Assembly (NCBI GenBank): GCA_036278795.1 | Contig: DASUKK010000017.1 | Span: 82,627-146,626 of the forward strand | Length of the DNA stretch: 64,000 nt | Direction of reading: 5' to 3' | Source of the DNA: Steroidobacteraceae bacterium | GTDB taxonomy: Bacteria > Pseudomonadota > Gammaproteobacteria > Steroidobacterales > Steroidobacteraceae | Shown: one piece after another, positions 48,313-61,149 of the stretch | Numbering within the stretch: position 1 is the stretch's first letter | How the letters are laid out: every line of letters starts with the position of its first letter | Translations under genes and position numbers: made by a program | Notes under the pieces: model-generated | The model's database searches: none | Seen by the model: the letters and a program-made list of their open reading frames with translations, nothing else | What the model was told of the DNA's origin: nothing

Positions 48313-50289
48313 ATGACCAAGGCACGCGTCGTCATCGAGGGCTTGACTCCGCAGGTGGACTGCGGCCGGTTTCCTGCGCGACGCGTGTTGGGTGATACCG
48401 TCGTGGTGGAGGCCGACGTGTTCGCCGACGGTCACGACGCAGTTGCCGCGTCGGTGTTGTATCGGCACGAGAGCGAATCGCAGTGGCACGGGATGCCGAT
48501 GAGCTTCCTGGGCAATGACCGCTGGCAGGGGAAATTCACGGCGCAGACGCTCGGCCGCTACCTCTTCACCGTGGAGGCCTGGGTCGATCACCTCGAGAGC
48601 TGGCGCCGCGGCCTCGCCAAGAAGCACGAGGCGGCGCAGGACATCGAGATCGATCTGCAGCAGGGCGCGGCGCTCGCGCTCGCGCATGCGGGCCGCATGG
48701 CCGAGGCCGACGCGCGTCGCCTGCAGGAATGGGCCAACGCCTTGGCCGACCCGGTGCGTGATCGCGAGGAGCGCGCCCTGCTCGCGCAAAGCGACGCGCT
48801 GCACGAGCTCGCCCGGCGCAGCCCCGACCCCGAGCTCATCCAGCGTCACGAGCCGCCGCTCCCCATCGACGTCGATCGGGAGCGTGCCCGCTTCTCCAGC
48901 TGGTACGAGATGTTTCCGCGTTCGGCCGCGCCCGACGCCGGCAGGCACGGCACGCTCGCGGATGTGGAGGCGCACCTGCCCTATGTCGCGTCGATGGGCT
49001 TCGACGTCCTCTACCTGCCGCCGATCCATCCGATCGGCGAGATCGAGCGTAAAGGCCCCAACAACCGGACCGGCGCCTCGCCCGATGACCCGGGAAGCCC
49101 CTGGGCCATCGGCAGCCGCGAGGGCGGACACAAGGCGGTACACCCGCGGCTCGGCACGCTGGATGACTTCCGCCGGCTGCTCGCGAGCGCCGGCAGCTTG
49201 GGGCTCGAGATCGCCATGGACATCGCCTTCCAGTGCGCGCCCGACCATCCGTACGTGCGCGAGCACCCGGAATGGTTCCTGAAGCGGCCGGACGGGTCGG
49301 TGCAATACGCGGAGAACCCGCCGAAGAAGTATCAGGACATCTATCCCTTCTGGTTCGAGTGCGACGACTGGCAGGCGCTGTGGGCGGAGCTGAAGAGCGT
49401 GTTCGAGTTCTGGATCGCCCAGGGCGTACGCATCTTCCGGGTCGACAACCCGCATACGAAGCCCTTTGCATTCTGGGAGTGGCTGATCGGCGAGGTCCGC
49501 CGCGCGCACCCCGAAGTGATCTTCCTCGCCGAGGCATTCACGCGGCCCAAAGTGATGTACCGCCTGGCCAAGCTCGGGTTCACGCAGTCCTACAACTACT
49601 TCCCCTGGCGCAACAGCAAGCGCGAGATCATCGCCTACTTCACCGAGCTCTCCTCGCGCCCGGTGTGCGAGTTCTTCCGCCCGAGCCTCTGGCCCAACAC
49701 GCCGGACATCCTCACGGAGTACCTGCAATTCGGCGGCCGGCCGGCCTTCGTGACGCGGCTCATCCTGGCCGCCACGCTCGGGGCGAGCTATGGCATCTAC
49801 GGACCCGCGTTCGAGCTCATGGAGAACCGGCCGCGCGAGAGCGGCTCGGAGGAGTACCTGGACTCGGAGAAGTACCAGGTGCGCGCGTGGAACCGTGACG
49901 AGCCCGCGAGTCTCAAGGACCTCATCACACGGCTGAACCGCATCCGCCGCGAGAATCCGGCCCTGCAGGGCGATGCAACGCTTAAGTTCCATGCCCTGGA
50001 CAACGAGGCGCTGATCGCCTACAGCAAGACAGCCGGCGAGGACTCCGTGCTGGTGGTGGTCAACGTCGACCCCCACCATTCCCAGACCGGGTGGGTGCAG
50101 CTCGATCTGGCCGCCTTGGAACTGCCCGCGGATGCGCCGTACCAGGTGGACGATCTCCTCTCTGGGGCACGCTTCCTCTGGCGCGGCCCCCGCAACTACG
50201 TGGCCCTCGATCCCGGCGGTACCGCGGCGCATCTCTTCCGGATCCGCCGCAAGGTGCGCACCGAGCGCGATTTCGATTATTTTCTCTAA
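48313..50289 (+). CDS. glgE: Alpha-1,4-glucan:maltose-1-phosphate maltosyltransferase
   Basis: The N-terminus VVIEGLTPQVDCGRFPARRV plus SSWYEMFPRS, GFDVLYLPPIHPIG and RVDNPHTKP are typical of GlgE. The ATG at 48313 follows a GGGAGG Shine-Dalgarno. Confidence 0.85.
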   Translation: MTKARVVIEGLTPQVDCGRFPARRVLGDTVVVEADVFADGHDAVAASVLYRHESESQWHGMPMSFLGNDRWQGKFTAQTLGRYLFTVEAWVDHLESWRRGLAKKHEAAQDIEIDLQQGAALALAHAGRMAEADARRLQEWANALADPVRDREERALLAQSDALHELARRSPDPELIQRHEPPLPIDVDRERARFSSWYEMFPRSAAPDAGRHGTLADVEAHLPYVASMGFDVLYLPPIHPIGEIERKGPNNRTGASPDDPGSPWAIGSREGGHKAVHPRLGTLDDFRRLLASAGSLGLEIAMDIAFQCAPDHPYVREHPEWFLKRPDGSVQYAENPPKKYQDIYPFWFECDDWQALWAELKSVFEFWIAQGVRIFRVDNPHTKPFAFWEWLIGEVRRAHPEVIFLAEAFTRPKVMYRLAKLGFTQSYNYFPWRNSKREIIAYFTELSSRPVCEFFRPSLWPNTPDILTEYLQFGGRPAFVTRLILAATLGASYGIYGPAFELMENRPRESGSEEYLDSEKYQVRAWNRDEPASLKDLITRLNRIRRENPALQGDATLKFHALDNEALIAYSKTAGEDSVLVVVNVDPHHSQTGWVQLDLAALELPADAPYQVDDLLSGARFLWRGPRNYVALDPGGTAAHLFRIRRKVRTERDFDYFL

Positions 50290-53200
50290 ATGAGCGCCCT
50301 GGTCGAGCCACCGCCGTTCACCGGCGACCCCCTTTGGTACAAGGATGCCGTCATTTACGAAGTGCATGTCCGTGCCTTCTTCGACAGCAATGAAGACGGC
50401 ATCGGCGACTTCGCGGGCATCACGCGCAAGCTCGACTATATCCAGGAGCTCGGCGTCAACACCATCTGGCTGCTGCCCTTCTACCCGTCTCCGGGCCGCG
50501 ACGACGGGTACGACATCGCCGACTACCACAACATCCATCCACAGTACGGCACCCGCCGGGAGTTCCGCACCTTCGTGCGCGAGGCGCATCGCAGGGGCCT
50601 GCGCGTCATCACCGAGCTCGTGATCAATCACACCTCCGACGCGCATCCCTGGTTCCAGGCCGCGCGGCGCGCGCCGGCAGACTCGGCCAAGCGCGACTTC
50701 TACGTGTGGAGCGACACGCCGGACCGGTACGCGGGCACACGCATCATCTTCCGCGATACGGAAAGCTCCAACTGGAGCTGGGACCCGGTGGCCAAGCAGT
50801 ATTACTGGCACCGGTTCTTCAGCCACCAGCCCGATCTCAACTTCGACAATCCGCACGTCGTGCGCGCGGTGATCCGGATCATGGAGTTCTGGCTGTCGTA
50901 CGGAGTCGATGGCTTCCGGCTGGACGCCATCCCCTACCTCGTCGAGCGTGAAGGCACGAACAACGAGAACCTGCGGGAGACCCACGAGATCATCAAGCGC
51001 ATCCGCAAGGTGATCTCGGCCCGTCACCCCGAAGGGATGCTGCTCGCCGAAGCCAATCAATGGCCCGAGGACGTGCGCGACTATTTCGGCGAGGGTGACG
51101 AGTGCCACATGGCCTATCACTTCCCGCTCATGCCGCGCATGTACATGGCGATCGCGCAGGAAGACCGGCATCCGATCGTCGAGATCATGGACCAGACTCC
51201 CGACATCCCCGACACCTGCCAGTGGGCGGTCTTTCTACGCAACCACGACGAGCTGACGCTCGAAATGGTGACCAGCCGCGAGCGCGACTACATGTATCAG
51301 GCATACGCGGCCGATACCCGCGCGCGCCTCAATCTCGGCATCCGCCGGCGCCTCGCGCCCCTGATGGAGAACGATCCGGAGCGCATCAAGCTCATGAACA
51401 GTCTCCTGCTCTCCATGCCCGGCTCGCCGATCATCTACTACGGCGATGAGATCGGCATGGGGGACAACTTCTATCTCGGCGACCGCAACGGGGTACGCAC
51501 GCCGATGCAGTGGAGCCCGGACCGCAATGCAGGGTTCTCGCGCGCCGATCCGCAGCAGCTCTACCTGCCGCCCATCATGGATCCGATCTACGGCTACGAG
51601 GCGGTCAACGTCGAGGCGCAGACCCGCGACCGCTCCTCGCTCCTCAACTGGATGCGGCGCATGCTCGCCGTGCGCAAGACCTCACAGGCGTTCGGCCGCG
51701 GAAGCCTGCGCTTCATACGCCCGGGAAACCGCAAGGTGCTGGTCTATCTGCGTCAGTACGCCGATGACACCATCCTCTGCGTGGTCAATCTCTCGCGCTC
51801 GGCACAACCCGTGGAAATCGATCTTTCCGAGCACAAGGGCACGATCCCCATCGAGCTGCTCGGCCGCACGCCGTTCCCGCCGGTGGGGGAGCTGCCGTAT
51901 CTCCTCACCCTGCCTGCCTATGGCTTCTACTGGTTTCGCCTGAGCCGCGAGGCGACCCCGCCGCCCTGGCACGATGAGCGGCTGCAGCGCGAGGATCTGC
52001 CGGTGCTGGTGCTGGTGGAAGGCTGGAACAGCTTCTTCCCCGACAAGGTCGCGTCCTGGCGGGCCGGACTCGCACGGCGGCTGCGCACCCAGCTGGAAGA
52101 GCGCATCGTGCCGCAATACATCGCCGCGCAGCGCTGGTTCGCGGGCAAGGGCGCATCCATCGCGGCCACGCGCCTGCTCGATCACACCGAGCGCCAGGAT
52201 CCGCTGCCCCGGTGGTTCGCCGGCATTTACGAAGTAGAAAGCCAGGGTATCCGCGAGCACTATTTCGTGCCGCTCGCCATCGCGTTCGAGGATACCGAGG
52301 AGGCGCGCTGGCGGCGGCTGCAGCCCGCGGCGCTCGCGCGCGTGCGGCAACAGGCGACTGTCGGCGTTCTCGCCGATGCCTGCGGCGACGACGGGTTCGC
52401 CCGCGCCATCATCGATGCGATCGGCGCGGCGGCGGAACTGCCCACCCAGGAGGGGCGCGTGCGCTTCATGCCCACCGCGCTCTACGCAGAGCTGCGCGGC
52501 GATCCGTCCGCGGAGCTGCCGGTCAATCCGACGGGCGCTCAGACGAGCAACACCACGCTGCGCGTGGGTGATGGTCTCTTCCTCAAGATCTACCGCAAGC
52601 TGCAGTCCGGTATCAACCCAGAGCTCGAGATCGGGCGCTATCTCACCGAGGTCGCCCACTTCCCCAACATCGTGCCGGTCGCGGGAGCCGTGGAGTACAC
52701 CGACCGCGAGTCCACCCGGTACACCATGGCACTGTTGCAGGCGTTCGTCACGAACCAGGGCGATGCCTGGACCTACACTCTCGACTATCTCGCCCGCTTC
52801 CTCGAGGATCGCCGCAGCGGCGTCCCGATGCTCGATGACGCGCACGGCCTGTACCTCTCGCTGATCAGGACGCTCGCCATCCGCACGGCGGAGCTGCATC
52901 GCGCGCTCGCCAGGCCGACAGACGATCCGGCCTTCGCGCCGGAGCCCATTACCGCGGAGGACGTGGCGGCGTGGGTCGCGGCCACGCGCGCGGTGGCCGA
53001 TACCACCCTGACGCTGCTGTCGGGCCGACTCAACCAGCTTTCCGCGGCGGTGGCCGCCGATGCGCACGCCCTGCTCGCCCGCCGCGAGTTGCTGTTGCAA
53101 CGCATCGATGCCTGCATGGCCGAGGCACCACGCGGGCTCAAGACGAGACGGCACGGCGACTACCACCTCGCACAAGTGCTGCTCAAACGCAACGATTTCA

Positions 53201-53589
53201 TCATCGTCGATTTCGAGGGCGAGCCCGGACGTACGCTCGCGGAGCGCCGCCACAAGCATTCCCCGTTGACGGACGTGGCGGGCATGTTGCGCTCCTTCGC
53301 CTACGCGCACCACGCCGCGCTGGAGCGCGCCGCGTTCCAGGGCGGGGACGAGCACGGCCGCTGGGGGCAGCAGCTGCGCGCCTGGGAGCAGGAAGTCCGC
53401 CGCACCTTCATCCGCTGCTACGACGAGGTTGCGGGCGACACGGGCCTGTACGAGTCCTTTCAGCGCGCGAAACCTCTCCTCGCTCTGTTCGAGATCGACA
53501 AGGCGCTGTACGAGGTGCGCTACGAGCTTGGGAACCGCCCGGACTGGACCCGCATTCCCCTCCATAGTCTCCTCGGGCTCACCGAGTGA
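50290..53589 (+). CDS. treS: Trehalose synthase fused to maltokinase (TreS-Mak/Pep2)
   Basis: 1099 aa. The N-terminal TreS part (WYKDAVIYEVHVRAFFDSN.DGIGDF, DLNFDNP, FLRNHDELTLEMV) is followed by a C-terminal maltokinase-like kinase domain of about 450 aa (HGDYHLAQVL...DFEGEP). The ATG abuts the glgE stop (TAAATG). Confidence 0.9.
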   Translation: MSALVEPPPFTGDPLWYKDAVIYEVHVRAFFDSNEDGIGDFAGITRKLDYIQELGVNTIWLLPFYPSPGRDDGYDIADYHNIHPQYGTRREFRTFVREAHRRGLRVITELVINHTSDAHPWFQAARRAPADSAKRDFYVWSDTPDRYAGTRIIFRDTESSNWSWDPVAKQYYWHRFFSHQPDLNFDNPHVVRAVIRIMEFWLSYGVDGFRLDAIPYLVEREGTNNENLRETHEIIKRIRKVISARHPEGMLLAEANQWPEDVRDYFGEGDECHMAYHFPLMPRMYMAIAQEDRHPIVEIMDQTPDIPDTCQWAVFLRNHDELTLEMVTSRERDYMYQAYAADTRARLNLGIRRRLAPLMENDPERIKLMNSLLLSMPGSPIIYYGDEIGMGDNFYLGDRNGVRTPMQWSPDRNAGFSRADPQQLYLPPIMDPIYGYEAVNVEAQTRDRSSLLNWMRRMLAVRKTSQAFGRGSLRFIRPGNRKVLVYLRQYADDTILCVVNLSRSAQPVEIDLSEHKGTIPIELLGRTPFPPVGELPYLLTLPAYGFYWFRLSREATPPPWHDERLQREDLPVLVLVEGWNSFFPDKVASWRAGLARRLRTQLEERIVPQYIAAQRWFAGKGASIAATRLLDHTERQDPLPRWFAGIYEVESQGIREHYFVPLAIAFEDTEEARWRRLQPAALARVRQQATVGVLADACGDDGFARAIIDAIGAAAELPTQEGRVRFMPTALYAELRGDPSAELPVNPTGAQTSNTTLRVGDGLFLKIYRKLQSGINPELEIGRYLTEVAHFPNIVPVAGAVEYTDRESTRYTMALLQAFVTNQGDAWTYTLDYLARFLEDRRSGVPMLDDAHGLYLSLIRTLAIRTAELHRALARPTDDPAFAPEPITAEDVAAWVAATRAVADTTLTLLSGRLNQLSAAVAADAHALLARRELLLQRIDACMAEAPRGLKTRRHGDYHLAQVLLKRNDFIIVDFEGEPGRTLAERRHKHSPLTDVAGMLRSFAYAHHAALERAAFQGGDEHGRWGQQLRAWEQEVRRTFIRCYDEVAGDTGLYESFQRAKPLLALFEIDKALYEVRYELGNRPDWTRIPLHSLLGLTE

Positions 53590-53604
53590 AGGTAGGGAGG
53601 CGCC

Positions 53605-55787
<2,183 letters not shown>

Positions 55788-55791
<4 letters not shown>

Positions 55792-57605
55792 CGCGGCGGC
55801 GTCACGAGATGCCCTTCGGGGCCAGCGTCCTGCCGGATGGGCGGGTGTGCTTCCGCTTGTGGGCACCCGCGGCCAGGCGCGTGGAGCTCGTGTTGGAACA
55901 GCCTTCGGGGCCGGCGCAGGTATTGCCGCTCGCGACCGGCACCGGCGGCTGGACCGAGCTCGTGACCGACCAGGCGCATGCCGGCAGCCGCTACCGCTTC
56001 TCGCTCGACGGCGAGACGCTGGTGCCCGATCCCGCATCGCGCCGCAACCCACGAGGTGTGCACGGCCCGAGCGAAGTCGTCGATCCCGAAACCTTCGAGT
56101 GGACGGACGACGGCTGGCGCGCCCCGCCCTGGCCGAATTCCGTGATCTACGAGCTGCACGTCGGCGCCTTCACGCCGGAGGGCACCTTCGCCGGCGTCGC
56201 CGGCAAGCTGGAGCATCTGCAGCGGCTGGGGGTGACGGCGATCGAGCTCATGCCGATCGCAGAGTTTCCCGGCTCGCGCGGCTGGGGCTACGACGGTGTG
56301 CTGCCGTATGCGCCGGCATCGGCATACGGATCCCCGGATGACTTGAAATCACTCGTTTGCGCGGCGCACGCGCACGGCATCGCGGTGATGCTCGATGTGG
56401 TCTACAACCACTTCGGTCCGGAGGGCAACTTCCTCCATCTTTATGCTCCGCAGTTCTTCACCGGCCGTCACTCGACCCCCTGGGGCGCGGCCATCGACTT
56501 CGAAAGCCCGGACAGCCGCGCGGTGCGCGATTTCTTCATCCACAACGCGCTCTACTGGCTCGAGGAATATCATCTCGACGGACTCAGATTCGATGCCGTG
56601 CACGCGATCTTCGATGGTGGCGAGCCGCACATCCTCACCGAGATCGCGCGCGCCGCGCGCACCGGGCCGGGACGCGAGCGGCCGGTGTATCTCGTGCTGG
56701 AGAACCTCGACAACCAGGCGCGCCGCCTCGGCCCTGCCGGCGCCCGAGACTCTTTCGACGCGCAGTGGAATGACGACACGCATCACTGCCTGCATGTCCT
56801 CATGACGGGTGAATCCGACAGCTACTACCAGGACTATCGGGAGCGCCCGCACCGGCTCCTCTGCCGCGCCCTCGCGGAAGGGTTCGCATACCAGGGCGAG
56901 AGCTCCGGCCACCTCGGCCGCCCGCGCGGGGAACGCAGCAGTCATCTGCCGCCCTCGGCGTTCGTCAACTTCCTGCAGAACCACGACCAGGTGGGGAACC
57001 GTGCCCGCGGCGAGCGGTTGACACAGCTCGCGCCTCCCGAAGCCCTGCGCGCTGCGGCGGCGGTGCTGCTGCTCGCCCCCTCCCCGCCGATGCTCTTCAT
57101 GGGTGAGGAGTGGGCCGCCACCGAGGCTTTCCCCTACTTCTGTGACTTCGAGGCGCAGCTCGCCGAGAAGGTGCGTGCGGGACGGCAGCGCGAGTTCGCG
57201 CACTTCGCCGGCTCGATACCCGACCCGTGCGATGCGGCCACGTATGAGTCGGCACATCTGCAGTGGGCCCGCGTGACGGCGCCCCAGCACGCCAAGATGT
57301 TCGATCACTATCGTCGCCTCCTTGCCATCCGGCGGCGCGACATCGTGCCGCTCCTGCCGCGAATTCTCGAAGGCGCCTGTGTCGCGTTCGATCCGGCCGG
57401 CGCCTTCGCGGTGGACTGGAAGCTGCGCGAGGGCGGTGTGCTGCACCTCCTCGCCAACCTGAAGAGCACGACGGCGCCGGTCGTCGGTCAGCCGGCCGGG
57501 CGCATGATCTTCGCGACGCATCCCGGCATCCGTGCCGCCCTGACTCGTAATGAGCTGGCAGCCTGGAGCGTCACCTGGCTCCTGGAGCGCAGCCGTGTCC
57601 GCTAG
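55788..57605 (+). CDS. treZ: Malto-oligosyltrehalose trehalohydrolase
   Basis: FGASVLPDG.V.FRLWAP, VIYELHVGAFT.EGTF, GWGYDGVLPYAP and DVVYNHFGPEGN are present. The ATG overlaps the glgX stop (ATGA). Confidence 0.85.
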
Positions 57606-57611
57606 TTTGAA

Positions 57612-57709
57612 GCGCTGGATCCGGGCTCCTGCCCGGCTTAGCGCGCTCCGGGGGAAAAAGTCGGTTTTTGCCTCCGCCACTTGCGGCGGCGGGGCACATC
57701 CCTGTGACT
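57612..57709 (+). repeat. Intergenic multi-hairpin repeat, copy C
   Basis: gcgctggatccgggctcctgcccgg... matches copy B for 26 consecutive nt. The middle hairpin has a different stem sequence, and the 3' 38 nt are conserved. It starts 7 nt after the treZ stop and contains both candidate treY start codons. Confidence 0.85.
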
Positions 57710-60604
57710 AGCGACAACAGCAGCAGCGCGCCGGCGGTCGAGCGGATCCCGCGCGCCACCTATCGCGTGCAGCTCAACGCCCGTTTCACCTTCAATGACC
57801 TGACGGCAATCGTGCCGTACCTCGCCAGGCTTGGGATCAGCCATGTCTACTGCTCGCCTTACTTCCGCGCGCGCGCGGGCAGCGCTCACGGTTACGACGT
57901 AGTCGATCACAACTCGTTCAACCCGGAGATCGGCAGCCGCGAGGACCTCGAGCGTCTCGTGGCGGCACTGCGCGCGCACCGCATGGGTCACATCCTGGAC
58001 ATCGTTCCGAATCACGTCGGGGTCATGGGATCCGACAACGCCTGGTGGATGGATGTGCTCGAGAACGGGCAAGCCTCCATCTATGCGGATTATTTCGACA
58101 TCGATTGGAATCCCGCGAACGCGGCGCTGGTCGACAAGGTACTGGTGCCGGTGCTCGCCGACGTCTACGGGTTAGTCCTCGAGCGCGGCGATCTCAAGCT
58201 GGAATTCGAGCCCGAATCCGGCTCCTTCGCAATCCATTACCACGAGCATCGGTTGCCGCTCGATCCGCGCACCTACCCGCGCATCCTGGATGCGGTGCTG
58301 GCGCTCGAGCGCAGCGCGGAGCTCGAGAGCCTGCGACGCCTCTTCGGCTCGCTGCCCGACCGGCGCGGAGCGACGTCGGAGCAGATTGCAGAGCGTAACC
58401 GCGACAAGGAAACTCACAAGCAGGCTTTGGCGGCGCTGGTCGCAAACGACGCCGGCATCCGCGCGGCACTGGAGCAGGCGCTGGCGCGCCTCCGCGGCAG
58501 TCCCGGCGACCCGGCGAGCTTCGACTCCCTGCACGAGCTGTTGGAGTCGCAGGCCTTCCGGCTGGCTTACTGGCGGGTCGCGTCCGATGACATCAACTAC
58601 CGCCGCTTCTTCGATGTCAATGATCTCGCCGCGCTGCGGGTGGAGAATGAGGCTGTGTTCGAGGCGACCCACCGCCTCGTCCTCGAGCTCATCGGATCAG
58701 GCGCGCTCGATGGACTGCGGATCGATCACGCGGATGGCCTGTATGATCCGCTTGGCTACTTCCGGCGTCTGACGGCGGGAATCGCGCAAGTGACGACCGC
58801 GAACGGCCCCGAGCGTCCGATTTATCTGATCGCCGAGAAAATCACCGCCTCGTTCGAGCGCTTGCCCGCGGACTGGCCGCTGCACGGTGAGACGGGCTAT
58901 CACTTCGCCAACGTCGTCAATCGGCTGCTGGCCGACAGCGGCGGCAAGGGCCGCATGGGCCGGATCTACCGCTCTTTCGTCGGCGAGCCGCGGCTGTGGC
59001 CCGACATCACCTACGAGTGCCAGCACCGCGTGCTGCGCAAATCACTCGCCTCCGAGCTCACCACTGCCGCGAACCTCCTCGCACGCATTGCGGACGGTGA
59101 CCGGTGCACGCGCGATTTCACGCTCGCCAGTCTCTGGCGGGCGCTGGCGGAGGTCATAGCCTGTTTCCCGGTGTATCGGACCTACGTGACGGAAAGCGTT
59201 TCCGACACCGACCGGCGTTACATCGACTGGGCGATCGCGGCTGCGCGCCGCCGCGGCGCCTCGATCGAGCGGCCCGTATTCGATTTCGTACGCAGCGCCC
59301 TGCTGCTCGAGCTTCCCGCCCAGAGCGAGAGCGCGCGCGAGCGCATCCGCCGCTTCGCGATGAAGTTCCAGCAGATCACGGCGCCCATCACGGCCAAGGG
59401 CATCGAGGACACCGCGCTTTATCGCTTCAATCGCCTGATCTCGCTGAATGAGGTGGGCGGCGAGCCCGACCTCTTCGGCTCCAGCGTCGGCGCCTTCCAC
59501 ACCGACGCCCAATACCGCGCCAGGCACTGGCCGCACGAGATGCTCACGACCTCCACGCACGACACCAAACGCTCCGAGGACGTGCGCGCCCGGATCAGCG
59601 TGCTGTCGGAGATGCCCGCCGAGTGGCGGCGCGCGGTGGATCGATGGCGGCGATTCAATCGGACGCGGCGGCGGGAGGTCGGCGGACTGCCGGCGCCGTC
59701 ACCCGATGACGAGTACCTGCTCTACCAGACCCTGGTAGGCAGCTGGCCGCTCGAGGAGCCGGACGACGCCGCGCTCGAAACGTACCGCCAGCGCATCGAA
59801 GCGTACATGATCAAAGCCGCGCGCGAGGCCAAGGCGCGCACGAGCTGGGCCGCGCCCGACGGCGAATACGAAGATGCACTGATGCAGTTCATCCGCGCAG
59901 CGCTCGAGCGGCGTGAGGGGAACCTCTTCCTGGCCGACTTCTGCGCCTTCAACCGGCGCATCGTGCGCTTTGGATTGTTGAACGGTCTGTCGCAGACGCT
60001 GCTGAAGCTCACCGCGCCCGGCGTCCCTGATATCTATCAGGGCAACGAGCTGTGGGACTTCTCGCTGGTCGATCCGGACAATCGCCGGCCTGTCGACTAT
60101 GCTCTACGCTGCCGATTGCTCGAAGGCCTGGCGGGCAATCCCGCCGAGATCGCCCGGACTGCGCGCGCGTTCGCCGCCAACGTGGCCGATCCGCGCTGCA
60201 AGCTCTTTCTCCACGTCAGGATACTGGACCTCAGGCGGCGCGACCCTGAACTTTTCGAGCTCGGGGAGTACCTACCACTGAAGGTGGCCGGGCGGCGCGC
60301 GCCGCAGCTTTGTGCCTTCGCGCGTCGTCTGGAGGGCAGGCTCGCGGTCGTGTTGGCACCGCGCCTGCACCTCAAGCTGATGGGTGCCGCAAGCGCCGCG
60401 GAGGACGGCAGCCAGCGCCTGCCCCTCGGCGCGGAGGTGTGGGCCGACACCTCGGTGCAACTCCCGTCGAGTCTCAGCACGCCGTTGCGTGGCGTGCTGG
60501 ACGGGGCTGAAGTGCCGCAGATGGCCAGTGAAGGGCGCGCGGCGATCAGTGCCGCGACGGCGCTGCAATCGTTTCCGGTGGCCTTGCTGACAGGCAGTGG
60601 ATGA
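57704..60604 (+). CDS. treY: Malto-oligosyltrehalose synthase
   Basis: PRATYRVQLN..FTF.D...IVPYLA.LGISHVY.SP, DIVPNH and the family length. The start is ambiguous: GTG at 57704 (preferred) or TTG at 57668, and both lie inside repeat copy C. Confidence 0.85.
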   Translation: MTSDNSSSAPAVERIPRATYRVQLNARFTFNDLTAIVPYLARLGISHVYCSPYFRARAGSAHGYDVVDHNSFNPEIGSREDLERLVAALRAHRMGHILDIVPNHVGVMGSDNAWWMDVLENGQASIYADYFDIDWNPANAALVDKVLVPVLADVYGLVLERGDLKLEFEPESGSFAIHYHEHRLPLDPRTYPRILDAVLALERSAELESLRRLFGSLPDRRGATSEQIAERNRDKETHKQALAALVANDAGIRAALEQALARLRGSPGDPASFDSLHELLESQAFRLAYWRVASDDINYRRFFDVNDLAALRVENEAVFEATHRLVLELIGSGALDGLRIDHADGLYDPLGYFRRLTAGIAQVTTANGPERPIYLIAEKITASFERLPADWPLHGETGYHFANVVNRLLADSGGKGRMGRIYRSFVGEPRLWPDITYECQHRVLRKSLASELTTAANLLARIADGDRCTRDFTLASLWRALAEVIACFPVYRTYVTESVSDTDRRYIDWAIAAARRRGASIERPVFDFVRSALLLELPAQSESARERIRRFAMKFQQITAPITAKGIEDTALYRFNRLISLNEVGGEPDLFGSSVGAFHTDAQYRARHWPHEMLTTSTHDTKRSEDVRARISVLSEMPAEWRRAVDRWRRFNRTRRREVGGLPAPSPDDEYLLYQTLVGSWPLEEPDDAALETYRQRIEAYMIKAAREAKARTSWAAPDGEYEDALMQFIRAALERREGNLFLADFCAFNRRIVRFGLLNGLSQTLLKLTAPGVPDIYQGNELWDFSLVDPDNRRPVDYALRCRLLEGLAGNPAEIARTARAFAANVADPRCKLFLHVRILDLRRRDPELFELGEYLPLKVAGRRAPQLCAFARRLEGRLAVVLAPRLHLKLMGAASAAEDGSQRLPLGAEVWADTSVQLPSSLSTPLRGVLDGAEVPQMASEGRAAISAATALQSFPVALLTGSG

Positions 60605-60693
60605 CGCTGCGACGAGCCCCCGCCGCCGGGGCGAAGTCAACCCCAGGGCATGTCATGCGTTCTATGTTCACGCGGGGCAATGGAGGCGATCTC

Positions 60694-61143
60694 ATGTCAT
60701 GCTCAAAGTCCTACAGCCGATTCGCCTGGCTGCCGGTCGCAGCGGCACTCCTCGCCTCCTGCTCGGGGATCCCACTCAAACAGCGTCAGGACGCCGAGCG
60801 CGCCCGCTTCGAGGCTTATGCCGGCAAGCCGGTGGACCACTTCACCTGGTTCACCCGCTACGAGGGTTGGGAGCCGATTTCAGCCAATCAGCTCGTGGTC
60901 TGGACGGATATCAATGAGGCGTATCTCATCACGGTCTTCCATCCCTGCACCGACCTGATGTTCGCCCGAAGAATCGGACTCACCTCATCGGCGAACACCG
61001 TCTACGCACACTTCGATACGGTCCGGGCCGATGGCTGGCGCTGCATCATCGATACCATCCGTCCGGTCGACTACCGCAGGATGCAGCGCGATCTCAAACA
61101 GCAGCGCCAGGCGGCCAAGCAGGCCGAGAAAAGTGGCGCCTGA
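60694..61143 (+). CDS. Lipoprotein of unknown function (possibly DUF6491-like)
   Basis: The lipobox LLASC follows a short signal peptide (MSCSKSYSRFAWLPVAAALLASCSG). A GGAGG Shine-Dalgarno lies 6 nt upstream of the ATG at 60694. The longest ORF starts at 60601 and overlaps treY. Confidence 0.6.
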   Translation: MSCSKSYSRFAWLPVAAALLASCSGIPLKQRQDAERARFEAYAGKPVDHFTWFTRYEGWEPISANQLVVWTDINEAYLITVFHPCTDLMFARRIGLTSSANTVYAHFDTVRADGWRCIIDTIRPVDYRRMQRDLKQQRQAAKQAEKSGA

Positions 61144-61149
61144 GAGGCA

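Noticed and set aside
48103-51171. 1022-aa minus-strand ORF, plus similar long ORFs at 51682-53697, 54328-56052 and 56349-57680, all antisense to glgE/treS/glgX/treZ
   Set aside because: Their translations are Arg/Gly/Ala/Pro-rich with no recognisable motifs. The opposite strand carries strongly recognisable enzymes. Stop-free antisense frames are expected in high-GC genes.
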